The notes: generated by a model not told the origin, from the sequence alone. Positions 12,401 to 25,445 are shown, counted from the stretch's first letter. The stretch is 64,000 nucleotides of DNA from Podarcis melisellensis (GCA_964234715.1 OZ174280.1), one strand, 5' to 3'. Numbers and translations: made by a program.

Positions 12401-14157
12401 GCAGCATTCATACTTCCCTTCAAAGCCGAACCATTTAAATGGCAAGAGGCAGATGCAAAACTTGATCAGTTTTAGAAGTGACACCTAGATTGTAAATCAA
12501 AGTCGACTCAATGGTATCTGCCTCTCATAAATCTCCACCTGCCCCATGCCACTACCCCAAAAAGGAGAGACATCAGAATCACCAACTTTACATACCTTAA
12601 ATCCCAGGTTTGTTCAGTCCTGGAAGGAATGCGGGATTCCCACCATAGTAGATGAAGCCACTACAACCTCTAACCTGCAAACACATAGACCCTCCTTGTC
12701 CCTCTTCTCTCACCAGCACTGCCTGTGAAGAAAACATTCTTCCCACTCAGCACTGCATTCAACACCATTGACTGTTCCTGGGAGAGTTTTGCTCGGGAGC
12801 ACATGGACCAAGTCTTCTTCACCTGCTGCTTTTCAGCCACCTGAAAAGAGCACAGAAACCTGCCTTATGCTGAGTCAGACCAGTGGCTCATTTTGTTCAG
12901 TACTGTATCCACTGACTGGGAGCAGCTTCAGACAGGGGTGTTTTTAGCCCCACCTGGAGATTATGTGGGTTGAGCCTATGACATTCTGCCTGCATAACAG
13001 AAGTTAATACATTCCCCAAAAGGCAAACTCCTCTGAATCCTAAGTGCTCATGAGAATTTTCCATCCCATCTCTCTTGATTACAGCAGCCAGAAAGGAGAA
13101 TGCCTCTCTTATCCAGAGGGATAGTTCTTTGAATTTCAATTGGACCAAAGAAGCCTTACGTTCAAATAAAATAATAATTTGACCTTGCCCATACTACTAT
13201 GGACGTTCTGCTCAGGTATCCGCCAGTAAGACCAGCATGCATTGGAGAAAGGGCCTACTCTGTGGTGGCCTCAGTTATGGAACTTGCTAAGTGAGTTTCT
13301 GAAGTGCTTAAGGAGTGCAGGGATCTGTCACTTTGCATAACCACAACTTCAGCATCTAGGATTAGCAGGTGAGTATGTCCACTTTTCAGAAACTAGCCAC
13401 CACTCTTATGCCAAGGATGGGGAACCTCCGAGTATCCTTGGACTCCAACTCCCAGCAGTCCCAGCCAGCACTGCCAGACCATGGGTGATGGGGGTTGGAG
13501 TCCAGCAATACCTGGACGGCCAGAGATCCTTTTATTATGGGCAGATCCAACTCCCAGCTTGATCATACTTTTCGACAGAAGCCGACTCACCTGTTTCCCA
13601 TCGATGGACTCACTCCGGATGCGCTTCCGAGACGCGCAGCGTAAGGGCTGACCTTTCCGCGGGGTGCCTGTCACGTCAGTCAGAGCCTGCCGGGCGCTCG
13701 CCTGCTGCAAGTCGCGAGTCTGCACCGGGCTCACCGTGTCGAACGTCCGCGGTAGGCCAGCGAGAAGCCGCGTTCGCTCGGCCACAGGCTTGGTCCCCCT
13801 CTGGGCGGCTGCGTGCTTGATGCGCAGCGTGTGGACGAAGCGGCGCAGCCGATCCGGAGGACAATTAGAGAGCAGCAGCTGCACGTGATTGTGGTTTGCA
13901 CCGAGCTGCACCGAGCTCTTCCCCTCCTTCACGAAGCGTGTAAACAGCCGCACTTCACCCCGCCGCAAGGGGAAGTTCTGGGGGCGCCCCGGACCGGCGG
14001 CGCTGGCCACTTGGAGAACCAGCTCCTGGAACTCGTCCCGGCCCAGTGTGACCCAAGCATCGCGGAGAAGCACACGATTTGGGGCTGCTGCAGCACCCAG
14101 GTGCTCGATCGCTACGGTGCAGCGAACCCGACCGTCCGCTTCGGAGCCTGGTTGCAT
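6401..14157 (-). CDS. PIF1: ATP-dependent 5'-3' DNA helicase PIF1, 640 aa
   Basis: complement(join(6401..6454,7242..7433,7942..8087,8413..8500,9647..9753,10257..10396,10855..10961,11043..11157,11805..11958,12212..12337,12714..12840,13591..14157)) = 1923 nt, GT-AG and phase-consistent. Walker A FFTGSAGTGKS, Walker B IIDEISM, Pif1 signature [57 protein letters not shown]; N-terminal region with [10 protein letters not shown]. Confidence 0.97.
6510..6854. mobile_element. hAT-type MITE in the last PIF1 intron
   Basis: TIRs CAGGGGTGGAGGAAG / CTTGCTCCGCCACTG; perfect 8-bp TSD TGATCCCC at 6502-6509 and 6855-6862. Confidence 0.85.
11237..11367. mobile_element. Palindromic short hAT-derived MITE (ACTACAACTCCCATCA family), degraded
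   Basis: Internal inverted ACTGCAGTTCCCATGA / TGATGGGAATTGTAAT core; same family as 50339-50474. Other worn copies near 13412-13525, 17500-17640 and 54205-54305. Confidence 0.6.
11993..12149. mobile_element. hAT-type MITE with internal 22-bp CCCTAA-containing tandem repeat
   Basis: TIRs CAGTGGCGTAGC / GCTATGCCACTG; perfect 8-bp TSD GTCAGCAG at 11985-11992 and 12150-12157; three ~22-bp units ATTTGYRCCCCCTAACCC(GTGG) starting at 12037. Confidence 0.9.
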
Positions 14158-14159
14158 TC

Positions 14160-14570
14160 CGTCCGACTGAAAGCGAGGAGGCAACGCAGAAGTCGAGACC
14201 TGCTAAAATGTTTGTACTGAAAAGACGCCGACTTCTTGCTGCCTTTCCCTTTCGCGTTGATTTCGGCAGCCACTTATTTCTCCCATGTGCCTAAGTAACT
14301 CTTCCAGCCGTGCCTTCGCTTCTGCCGCAAGCGGATTCAAACCTTTAACGGGGGTCGCAGCAGCCAATCAGCGCTGCGGGAGATTTAACTCCTCGGCCAA
14401 TGAAAAAGAGAAGGGGCGCGGACAGAATCCTGGCGTAACTTTCGGCTGCGACGTTCCGCTCGGTTGCTAAGATACGAAAAGGTGGGGAAACGCCGCCCGC
14501 AACATACACGAAGGGCATTTCGGGGCGCTCCGGGCACGTTCCAAATAGCCTCCCCCCCAGATAGCGGCAG
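14160..14570. promoter_or_regulatory. Bidirectional CpG-island promoter PIF1(-)/CFAP144(+)
   Basis: ATGs 414 bp apart. CHR TTTGAA on the minus strand 14336-14341; MYB site TAACGG 14346-14351; CCAAT at 14364 and 14397 (33-bp spacing); X-box-like GTTGCTAAGATAC 14463-14475. Confidence 0.8.
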
Positions 14571-17500
14571 ATGGCAGGAGCCGTGAGGGTCCCAAAGGAA
14601 CCACTGGACCCAGTAAGCCAGAACAAGATCTTCTGTGAGACGGTCCGGAAGGAGCTACGATGCCAGCGCCTGCAGACGGAATACGCGATGAACCCCCTGA
14701 TGACGGGTACGGGGGTACCGGGGGGAGGGGAGAGACTTCTCCCCTTCTCATGGGTAGACGGAGCTTCCCAGTTAGGTCTATGGGAGTCCCCTGGCTCTTG
14801 ACTCCAGCTGGCTCTAGTTTTCTCCTTTTCCACGAATGAACCGTGTTTGGGTGCTGGTTGTCATAAGTTTCTAGAAGGTCAAGTCACTTGCTGCAAACTA
14901 AAATTAAAAAAACCCCAACCACCACCAGAGGGGTTTGTGGCACTTTAAAGAGTGTGATCCACAGGTTTCTGACCCACACACACATCTGTGTAAAGGAGGG
15001 AAATTTGTAGGTTGGAAACAAGTAGCAAAGGAATGCAAAAGCAGTACTGTACTGGCAGTTGAATTAGAGCTTAAAGGTATGCAGACTGACCCTCTCGACT
15101 GACCCTCACAGCAGCAGCAATTTGTGATATCACATAAAGTGCACTTTAAATGCCCAAGCAGAAATATGAGCTGCAATATGAGCTGTTAGATCTCCATAGG
15201 ATCAGGGGCGTTTAAGAGGTGCAATAAAACTAAAGGGGAGGGGCTGTAGCTCAGTGCCTTCAGAAGGTCTCAGGTTCAATTCCCAGCATCTCTAGGTGAG
15301 GCTGGGAGAAAATCCTGACTGAAATCCTGGAGCTGTTGCCAGCTGGTGTGGACAATACTGTGTTACATGGACCAATAGTCTGACTTGGTGTAAGGCAGCT
15401 TTCTAAATTCCTAAACCACATTCTCAGTGCCAAACTGAATCAGGAGGGATTCATAGAACAGAGTCATTTGTTGGTAATATCTTTGCAGTTCTGTGTGCGT
15501 GGATTTGCAGTCCTAAAACTCAGTCAACAAGACTTATGAAGAGCCATTTCATAAACACATCAAAAAAGCTTGTTACAATATCCATACTAAGGATATGTTC
15601 ACATTACTACTTTCTCCCCATCCAGGGCACCCACTTCTTTTTGAAGCCGCATTCACACGATGTTAGCCACAATCGATACTGATATTGTACTTTGACAAAT
15701 ACTATTGTTTGATGCATTTCCCAGCCCCTCTCCCAAATTAGCTGTAATCTGGCTATTAAATGTGAACATTTGAAACAGCTATCTCACATGCCCAGATGAG
15801 CACACTTATACAGATGACAGCTTCATGAATAGAAGTTGGAAGGTGGGGATTGCAGGGGCAAGAAATCGAAAAGATATCATATGTGGGGAGACAACCCCGC
15901 CCTATCTCTGATGTGAACACCACTGTGCAAATGCAGATTGAACCACAGCAGCAGGGGCAATGGCCTTGCTACATTTTAAGCCACTAATGTAAACATACCC
16001 TAACAGGCCTACCCCTCTGGAAACTAATATATTACACAAATCTCTCTAATAGTTTTGATCCCAAGTGCCAGTATTTTCCTCTAAAATGATGCACTGGCTT
16101 TGTAGTGTCTCCCATGCCTATCTGTGGGACCCCCAAAGGTTATGCAACAGTTGCCCCCCAAATATCCTTGTGGTTCTTTGAAAATCTGCATTTAAGAAAA
16201 AGGCCTAAATTCCTGCCAAAGACGGGTGGTGTGGGGAAAGAAGAATGATAAACTTCTAAGCTTTGTTAGTTTTCCTCTGCCCTTGCTTAAGGTTATCTAG
16301 TAATTAATTTGGCTTATTTTGCTTTTACCTTTAGTTTACACCATAACTCGAAAGCCTACCTCTTGGCATGATAACTTAGAGGAACCTGCAGATGGTAAGC
16401 ACATGCTTTTAAACAGTTACATTTAAGTTAGTGAAGCAGAGGGGAGTCATTTATGAAATGTTTTCCAGCATGAATCAAAGCAGGCAAAGTATGTAGCACC
16501 ATACTGAAGTCTAAACGTCAAACTTCACTCTTTCTCCCTCTGTAAACCAAAAAGCATTATACTATACAATCTGCAGTGGAATGTGGCAAGAGACAGCTGA
16601 TAGTTCCAATTTTTGTATTTCTTGGATCTTTTATTGGATCAATTCCTGTCCATGTATGTTGGAGTGCTGAAACTTTCAAGTTAAGAAAAAAGTCACTGCC
16701 ATTATGTTTTTTTCTTAATAATGATATATTTTTGCAAATAAATATTTAAAAGCACAAGCTTCAATATTCAAAGCAACAAACCCCAACTTACCTAGCCACA
16801 CAGTGATACTATCAAATTTGACTTCCAACTTAATATTATTTCACTAGATTAGTTCCCATTTCATCTTTTTAATTCTTTACCTTTCTAAGGCTTCTGAGAG
16901 ACCTAAATGGTGCTTGTTATGTTGAAATGCCTTTATCCAAGATAGTGGTTTCAGGATGGACACTGGTTTGTGGCCTTTTTGTAACTTGAATTCTTGCCAG
17001 CAAATATAGTTAAGCCTTTTGGGACAACAATGAAGTTAACTTAAGGCCAGTGACAGCTAACCTTTTTGGAAGGGTAAAATGTAGAGCAGCCAAGAGGACA
17101 TGTCTTTAGGAAATGAGGTTTTCTGCAACCTCTTTATACAAAATACTGCAGTCATCCCATTTTACCAGAACAATGCAGGCCTCCTGTCTGCCTTAGAGAA
17201 GATGTGAACTTCACTGAAAATCTTTTCCAAGCTTCATTCTCCTGTCATGCATCTACAGAGCGAGAGCATGGCAGCACAGGCATCAGCATGCAGTTGCTAT
17301 ACTCTGTGCAGAAGAGCAGTGCCTGGAAATCTAGAATTAGGGCCAGGGTACAAGACTTACTGGAAATATTAGGAAACAAGATGGTAAGCAAATGCCACTT
17401 TCGTTACGTAATTTAGGCCCAAGTGAAAATGAGAGAAACAAGACAAAGCCATAACACAAGCTAAGAGTGTGTTCTTCAGAAGGATTTAGTACCTGCTATC

Positions 17501-18633
17501 CCAGCCTTCACAAAGCTCATGCCCTCCAGCTGTTTTGAATGGCAACTCTTCATCAGCTCCAACCAGGACAATTGTACTGGCTGGGGCTGATGGAAGTTGT
17601 GGTCCCAAGCATCTAGAGGGCATCAGGTTGCCAAAGGGTGGGCTATCCTATCCTATGACCTTGTCATTAAATACAAAGAAAATTCAATTGCATTTTTACT
17701 AGGTTTGCCAGTGTTTTTAGATATTTGACACACACAGAACGAAAGATACCGACTTTTTTTGCAATGCTGCTCACAGAACAGGCAAAGCAGCTGTCCTTCC
17801 TCATTCACAGCAGGAACCAACAGCATGTTCAACTCCTCTAACATTTTTTGAGGGGGTTGGTGGTGGGCATTATTGGTATATGATTTTGTTGTATCGTTTT
17901 GTAGTTGTTTTGATGCAAGCCAGCTTGAGAGAATTAACCATGAAAGGCAGCATATGCATTGTGAAATAAATGATGTATGTAAAAACTTCAGGTGCAAGCT
18001 AATAAGTTATGCAAGCAGAACAAACATTGAAATTGATAGTGTATAAGCATTTAATAAAGCACTGTAGCATCATCACATCTAAAAATTTCAGTGCAATCTA
18101 AGTGCCTTGCACCCAGTCTACACTAAGCAAGTCTCATTGCCAATGCTTTAACCCTATAGCTAAGTTCCTGAAACTAATTCATCATGCTGCACTTGAACCA
18201 AACAAGAAATACACAGAACCACAAACAGAAAGCCAAGAAATCGGCTGGTTTTCCTCACCTTTGGTAAGTGGGTTTTTAAGGAGCTTTTGGGGAAGTGTGT
18301 GTAGTTGCCTGGAATTTTAAGACTCCAGACTTTACAGGAAAATAATTTTAAGCTGTTATAGCTATGGAGAAAGCTTTGAACGTTTGTAGGGAGTACCTGG
18401 TTGGCTATCAGAATCTAGACATTTCACCAGATGGGGAGATAGTTTGGGGAAAATATTCAAATCCTAGCTCCTCCCTTATGCCAAATGTTCTTATACTATG
18501 GTAATATTCTCCTTCACAGATCAGTGTAAACCGGAATGACAACAGGCTATACTTCCCAAGTCGGAGCACTGAAATCACCAGATATATGGCTGCTATGTGG
18601 CGCCTGAAGGGGATGACAAAAGATAAGCGATAA
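14571..18633 (+). CDS. CFAP144: Cilia- and flagella-associated protein 144 (FAM183A), 137 aa
   Basis: join(14571..14706,16335..16394,18160..18263,18520..18633) = 414 nt. FAM183 motifs [43 protein letters not shown]; adjacent to EBNA1BP2 as in human. AATAAA at 18807-18812. Confidence 0.92.
15236..15412 (+). mobile_element. tRNA-derived squamate SINE (Squam3-like)
   Basis: Box A-like TAGCTCAGTG, box B GGTTCAATTCC, body ending GGACCAATAGTCTGACTTGGTGTAAGGCAGCTT; family name from recall. Confidence 0.7.
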
Positions 18634-19447
18634 AGGAACACAGCATTGCAGGACTTTAAGGGAAGGACTGTAGACATAAATTTAGGCTTCCAGACTTCCA
18701 TGGTCTCCATCTTTTCATTATTGCAAAGCATAAGACAGAGGCCTGACACAGGGTGCAAGGCAGTGGGTATAGGAAAGTCCTGTGTTATGTGAACATTTAA
18801 TATTACAATAAACCTGACCTGAAACTGCCTGCTATTCTTTCTGCCACCATATTCATTTTGTCATCAGTTTTTATAGTGGGTGGATAGGACAATCTGTTTC
18901 TCAACCAGAAGTTGTGGTATGAGCAGCAACAGTAGTTCATGTGATTGTTTGCTGGTGAACCACCAGCTTCTGCTGTTGAATGGAAGAGGAGGACCCAATG
19001 CCCTTAGCAAAGAAAGTCATAAAGTGGCAGAAATACAAAAGCTGTTGCTTAGTACTCTGCATGCACCACTGCTGGGTGACAAGGAGGAGCACACAGGATG
19101 ATGTTATGTATGAGGTACCAAAAAAATTTGAAGGATTTAGTGAGACCCAGTGCAAACCAGAAAGGATCTCTCCCAACCTGACACGGATGATCAAGCTATC
19201 AAGACTTTTTAATTCACAATCTTGCACAAGGAGGATCAAGAAAGAACAAATCAGTATGAAATATAGGCAACCAGAAGCATCTGCTTGTTATTTATGTACG
19301 ATGGGTGCGTACACCCAGTGTCAGGCAGTACCACTTGCTGACTCTGAATGGCAATCTGAACGGCTATGTTGTCCAGGTCAGCATCACTTCATGCCCAACG
19401 TTCCGTAGGGAGTCACACTTCGCGAAGAAGGTCACCCATTTTTCTCG

Positions 19448-22400
19448 TTATCGGGAACGGTTCTTCATTTTCTGCCTCACCTTCTTGCCAGGCCTCTTCT
19501 AAAATGAGATACAAGTTGGATGTTATCATTTTACTACCTTAGCTATACTGTACAAGGGAAAGGGTGATGGCAGGGAGGAAGAAGGGGAGCTGTGTACCAC
19601 AATGGGCTGGTTCACATGTAACGGCAAGCCAAGCCTTGTGGGTTGCTTTTCTGGGTCCAGGCAGGGCAGAGTGACTGAACAGTCCTGCTTGTTGCTCATT
19701 CACAGAACGCCATGGTTTACTTGTTACTGTGGCTTAATGTGAGGTGTGAACCAGCTCAGCAAATGCTCCACTAGCAGCCAGATTACAGCACGATTTTCCC
19801 AGTTGGCAGCTGTTAGCTAATTTTTATTTATGCCAGCAGAAGACACCCTGATAAATTTTAATCATTTAATTTATGCACTTACAAATTTAATGAATTTATA
19901 CCCTGCCTTACAAAGTTCACTAAAAAAGAAGATAGCAATATATAATGCAATGTAAGTAAAACTCAAACACACACCCACAATATGAACAGCAGCCATAAAT
20001 AAATACTAAGAGCCCACTCTAAACCATAAGAAACGTAGCCTGATTAAAATCCCTCGAAATTATATGAATGCATTGGTAATTTATTATAAGCCACTTCTGT
20101 TCATTAACATTAAATGTCTAAATAAAAACAATTCATGGCAGATACTCACATTGGCACCCTTTTTCCCTGCTTTCCCAGGACCCTTGTGGTGGGCCACACT
20201 AGCACGGAAGTTGGACGTATCATTGTGACTTTCTCGAGTGTTCCATTTTGACCCTTTCTTCTTGCCACCAAAACCAAACTTCTGATTCTTGTAGCGTCGT
20301 TTGGCACTCGGTCTGAAAGAAAAACAACCAGCTAATTATGGCTGGGTACTTAACCATCTCTCCCCCCAAAAACTGTCCGGCTCCTCAGCACACATTGTTA
20401 TCTTTCTCTCCCTGCCCTCAAAAGGAATTATTCCAACTTCAGTAAACCATTATTTTAAGGAGCACCCCACACCCCATCCTGACACTTCACAACCCGCTTC
20501 CCACTTTGCCAGACACCTAATGGCAAAGACTACTCATTCAGCATCAAACAGAAACACTGGAAGCCAGTAGTCAGTTTGCTTTTTCTGTGCACCCGAACAA
20601 CAACAGGCTGTAGGTCTCAGACCGTTCGGTCTTACTAAGCTAGTTTTGCTGTAGCAATCAAGCACCCTGAGAGCATTAGTCTTAGGTGTTAGGAATGAAA
20701 GAAGTTAAATTTTTATCTTGGGCTCCAATGGTGTCGGTGTAATGGCAGTGAGATCAACTTGGGATCCAACTGGCCAGCTCAGCCCCTCCCCACCTCCAAA
20801 ACACCGTTTTGGAGAATTTCAGTGACTGTCACCAGCAGGCACCTCACTGACAACACTTGTGCACATGCATTTGCAAATGAAAGGGGTGGTGCCACATCAG
20901 TGGAATGACATGCCACTCAGTTGCCATCTGCCATCAGCTAGCAGGAGGCTGCTTTAGCTGAGAGAGCTGGGCAGAGGAACACCTTTGGCCAATCCAACCC
21001 CATCGCTGCCGCCTCGCTCCCCCCTCCAGTGCTCTGCTAATGGATCAACTTTTGTTATTAGAAGGACTTAGAACTTAAACACGAAACAAAACAAAACTGA
21101 TCCAATAAAAGACTTATTCATGGTAAAGCAAAAGAAATGCAAGTTTTAGTAGACATCCCGGCACTTCACAGGCCTTACCCTTTATTTTTATGCTGGCCTC
21201 CAGCCCCTGCCTTCTTTCCCTGAGTTGCTGGTGCTTTTTCACCTTCCAAGAAGTCCAGCTTGTCCGAAAGACCTGCATAAAAGACAGAATAAATGAGCTG
21301 CATGCCAAGCCAGAAAAGAAACTCCAGGACCAACACTGCAGGAAGGCTTGCTTTATCACCCAAAGGGGTATATCTATGCACAGGAATATTGTGCAGCATC
21401 TAGACCATGAGTAGGCCTGGGGGCCGGATCTGGCCCAATCACCTTCTAAATCAGCATGGGAATCAGCATGTTTTTACAGGAGTAGAATGTGTTTTTTTAT
21501 TTAAAATGCATCTCTGGGTTATTTGTGGGGCATAGGAATTTGTTCATTTAAAAAAAAAAATCTAGTCCAGCCTCCCACAAGGTCTGAGGGACAGTGGACC
21601 GGCCCCCTGCCAAAAAAGTTTGCTGACCCCTGATTTAGACTCTCAAGTACTAGATTATAATTTCTATATTTTCTATGCAGCAGTGGCTGGAGGTATCAAC
21701 AAGCTTTTCCACAAACCAAGTTCTTGCAACATGGACTACACATAAGCCTTCCTTTAGGTATTCTACTTGCATGCAAAAGCAACACAGCAACAGCAGGGCT
21801 CTGAATCATGCAGGGAGCTTCCACAACCCAGGAAGCTGTCTGCTTCAGAAGTGTGCCCTCCCAAGTTGTGGAGGGACTGTGATGGAGCTGAGCATACTTA
21901 TCCCCTCTCTCATGTTGCTTTTACATGCAAGTGGAATGCCTGAAGAGGGCTACAATTTTCTACTGCTGTAGAAAGGGTTGGGGGGAGTAGTGAAGGATAA
22001 AGTGGGAGTGGAGTGCCTCACCTTTCTGGTATTTCTTGATTGCATTCAGCATTGTGGATTTCTCCTTCTGCCTCTTCTGCAGCACCTCAGTTTGGACCTA
22101 CCAACAAGAAATAAAAAGTGAGCCTTTCCTTCCACTATTCCCCAGTCCTTTCCAAAATGCTCCCCTTTTTTGCACACAGATGTATCCTTCCCACACCCTA
22201 GGAGTCCTGTTCATGATATTTCTAGATATTTCTGCCCAATAATTCCAGTGCTGAGACTGCCAATCAAAACAATGGGTGTGTCTTTCCCGCTTCCTCCATT
22301 CCAAGGGGGCTTCTGTTTTTGACACCATTTTTCTCACCTTTTTGCCATATTTTCTCAGGGCACGGAGCTGTTTGGCTCTTTCAGACTTTTCCATTGCTTC

Positions 22401-25400
22401 TTGTTTACTCTTCAGCTTATGCCGAATCTAATTGAGAGAGAGCAACCGATGTGCTTTTTATGCAGATGAAGGCAGGTTCCCTGAATTTGTGACTATGAAA
22501 ATCTGCTTGTTTGTGGCAATGATGCTCTTTTTAATTTCAGAAATAAAAACCAAAGCAGCTTAGGGTGTGCTGCACTCCTAAACGTGAATTTCGACAATTG
22601 CTTCAACTGTTTAGGACTACACCGACTCTATAACTGTTGGGCAAAAGTTGCCATCTTTCTCCAGCAAGGTCACACAAGACAAGAAAAAGCATCATACCAG
22701 AAACTCATAACCCACCATTATTTCTTGGATACAAAATGACCAAAGGGAGAGGCAAGAGCAGACGCACAAATTCACTATTAATGCCTCAAAATGCAGCCAT
22801 GGCCTTAGATGCATCATTTTGTTAATACAGAAAAAAAATTGACAGTTCTCTAAAGAGCTTGATAAGGACATATTGCTGCCAAATAACTGCTACAGAATCC
22901 AAGGCTAATTCTTTATTCTGAAGGCCCAAGACAATATGCAGCAGGGATGGGAACCTCTGACCCCTAGGCCTGGCACAGGTCCCAACTGAGTCTGCAAGAC
23001 CTGTTTCCCTAAACTACACATTTGCCCCATACCCAACATTGTATGTGACAGCAGCATTATGTTCCACACAAAATCAATCTTCATTATAGTGCCTCTTTCT
23101 TAAGAGTTCAGTACAAACTGAAAATGCCCACAAGCAAGCTTTTTATTAACAAATTTTTAATTAACAATTCATGACTGTAGCATTATGCACTGAGAAGAAC
23201 TTTGCTAGAGCTCTTTTTCTCCTTTTGCTGATGCATTACGATGAGGCACCATCAAAATACCAGACCCAATGAGCCACAATTTTGTATATGACCAGCAACT
23301 GTTAACATATCCATTATAGCAGCCAGATGAGAAAAGAAGAGGAACCATGCACCTTACCTTCTGCATCTGCTGATCAGATTTTGCCATCTCTGCAAAATAG
23401 TCATCAGGCCGCCTAGTTGGGATTTTGAACTTATGCAGCCGAGGCAAAGCTTCTAAAACAGATGCTTGGGCTTGACGATAGCTGGAAACACAGGATAATG
23501 TATTAAGATGTTATATGCAAGCAGCCATTGGACCATTAGTAAATTGTTACTTTTTCCATTGGACAATAAAAAACTCTTGAACTACTAACATATTGTTCCA
23601 TTGTGCATATGGCTGAAAAAAGCTAAAAGCTCAACACACCAGGCTGATAAGAAGCAGCTCTACTTCCTATACACAGACTTACAAGCTCATCTCTCTCTTG
23701 AAGTCATCCTCGGGGTCAACATCATCTTTGTCAAGTGTTTGACTAGAAGCTGCATTTGTGGCACTTGTTTCCAAATGAGAGGTAACATCAAGCCTTTCAA
23801 TCCAGTCCAGGTGTTTCTGGAATTCAGACAAGCACTGCTTCAATCCATCCTAGAAAAGAGCATATTCAATGTGCATTAAATGCAACCCAAAATCTTCTAC
23901 ATGATAACATGCCAACCAATGCAGAACTAGGAATCTCTTCTCCCCAAACAGACCATGTCCTTATTACTCCCACCCCAAAAAGATGCATTGTCTTCTGCTC
24001 TCTATCAAAACAGATGCCGGAGGTTTTTGAGCCTCAAACTCCTCCTAGTGCTTCAGTCTTAACAATGACAACACGTACAGAATTTCTCTTCTAAATCTGA
24101 AAGAAACTGAATAGCTTAAGGGGTTTTATCAGCCTGCAGAACATGGTACCACTCTTATTTTGATAGAGTGTAGTCAAATAAGTGTCAACTTCTTTTCTTG
24201 CCCCACCTCCAGCATGTCTTGGTGGTCCAAATCAGTAAAGAACCAAATTACCATGTAAGTGGTGGATGATGCCCAATCTAAAAGGTGAGATTCATCAAGC
24301 ATGCAGATAAATAAGCCCAAGCCATTCCAAAAAATGAAGAGGATTGTAGATGCCAGGAATTCAGTTTAAAGGTTTAGTTCATCAGACAGACTGAACTGAG
24401 TGGCTGAACAATTTTATTCTGGCTAAATGGTATACCCATCCACAAGAAGCTCAATCTGCCCACACAAATTAATCCCACAAAGGTCATGTTCGTACAGCAC
24501 TCACCACGTTGTTGAAAGCTTTCGGCTGTCCCTCTAGCACAACGTTTAGGCCTGGCTTGATTGAACCTTTAGAAAATGCGTCTTGGAGCTATATGGAAGA
24601 AAAGTTATAAAATCAGCACCATCCCAGATTGCTGAAACAGAAGGATGTTAGCTCACCCACCCCAAACCCTTAATAATAGAAACCTTGGAAAAAGTAAGAA
24701 AAAAACACACAGGAGCACAAGTGAGAGGAAACCTAAAATTAAGCGCTCAAATTGCAAGTGATTAGACAAAGCAGCTCTCTATCTGCCCTATGTAAGCATG
24801 CTTTGCTTTCGATGCTGAATTGACACTGTACTCTGACGTGCTACTGTGAACAGGCATTGGTGGCTAGGAGTGTGAGTCGGTAAGCTACTAACTCAAATTT
24901 CACTCTAGTCATAAACCAACTAGGCAAGCTGCTATTCTTTCCACCTCAGCTGCTTACTTACAATATGAACAATAATATAGGGCTATTACTTAAAACACCA
25001 AAAAATGTATGTGATGTATGATGAACCCATGAAATGGGTTGTGGAAGCTCTCTACATAATTCACTATGGAGAGACGTTCAGTGTTGCCTGGTGTTACACC
25101 ATCACATGAGCAGCTCTAGCTAACATGGATTAGCTCTGCTGCCCCCGTGTTGCTTCTACATGCAAGTAAAGATATTTATATAGGGAAATGCCCTATATAA
25201 ATTTTATTTTTTAAGGTATTGCTATTATATTAATATAGTCCTGTCTACAACCTTTGTAAGAAATGAAGTGTAGCCCTCCACGGCAGGCTACAGAGAAATG
25301 AGCTAAACATCACCAGCCATAACAAGCATCCTGCCCACACTCCAGCACAGCATGATCACAGCACTAAACTTACCTCTCGGTCAGTGACAAGAGACTCTTC

Positions 25401-25445
25401 CGAACCCGATGACGAGAAGCCCTCCTCCATCTCTACGTGACGCAT
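19448..25445 (-). CDS. EBNA1BP2: rRNA-processing protein EBP2, 306 aa
   Basis: complement(join(19448..19498,20150..20312,21179..21272,22022..22097,22338..22427,23358..23481,23683..23849,24505..24588,25374..25445)) = 921 nt; alternative ATG at 25430. Motifs ESLVTDRELQDAFS, DPEDDFKREMSFYRQAQA, RPDDYFAEMAKSD, KFGFGGKKKGSKWNTRES, KRPGK. Upstream non-coding exon donor at 25774/25773. Confidence 0.97.
21405..21632. mobile_element. hAT (Charlie-like) non-autonomous DNA transposon remnant
   Basis: GGGGGCCGGATCTGGCCC near the left end and AAAAGTTTGCTGACCCCTG right terminus; left boundary approximate. Confidence 0.6.

Noticed and set aside
14158-14184. N-terminal PIF1 extension from TTG at 14184
   Set aside because: Non-ATG start overlapping a likely polypyrimidine tract/acceptor (TTTCAG| at 14167); the ATG at 14157 gives the expected protein length.
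15236-15295. tRNA gene
   Set aside because: A/B boxes are present, but the cloverleaf is deleted and the sequence continues into a SINE body.
18980-19408. 142-aa plus-strand ORF MEEEDPMPL...
   Set aside because: Antisense to the EBNA1BP2 3' UTR and downstream of the CFAP144 poly(A) signal; no recognisable family.
19499-25373. Intronic snoRNAs in EBNA1BP2 (a plausible host class)
   Set aside because: I could not find a convincing C/D or H/ACA structure by eye; a covariance-model scan would be needed.
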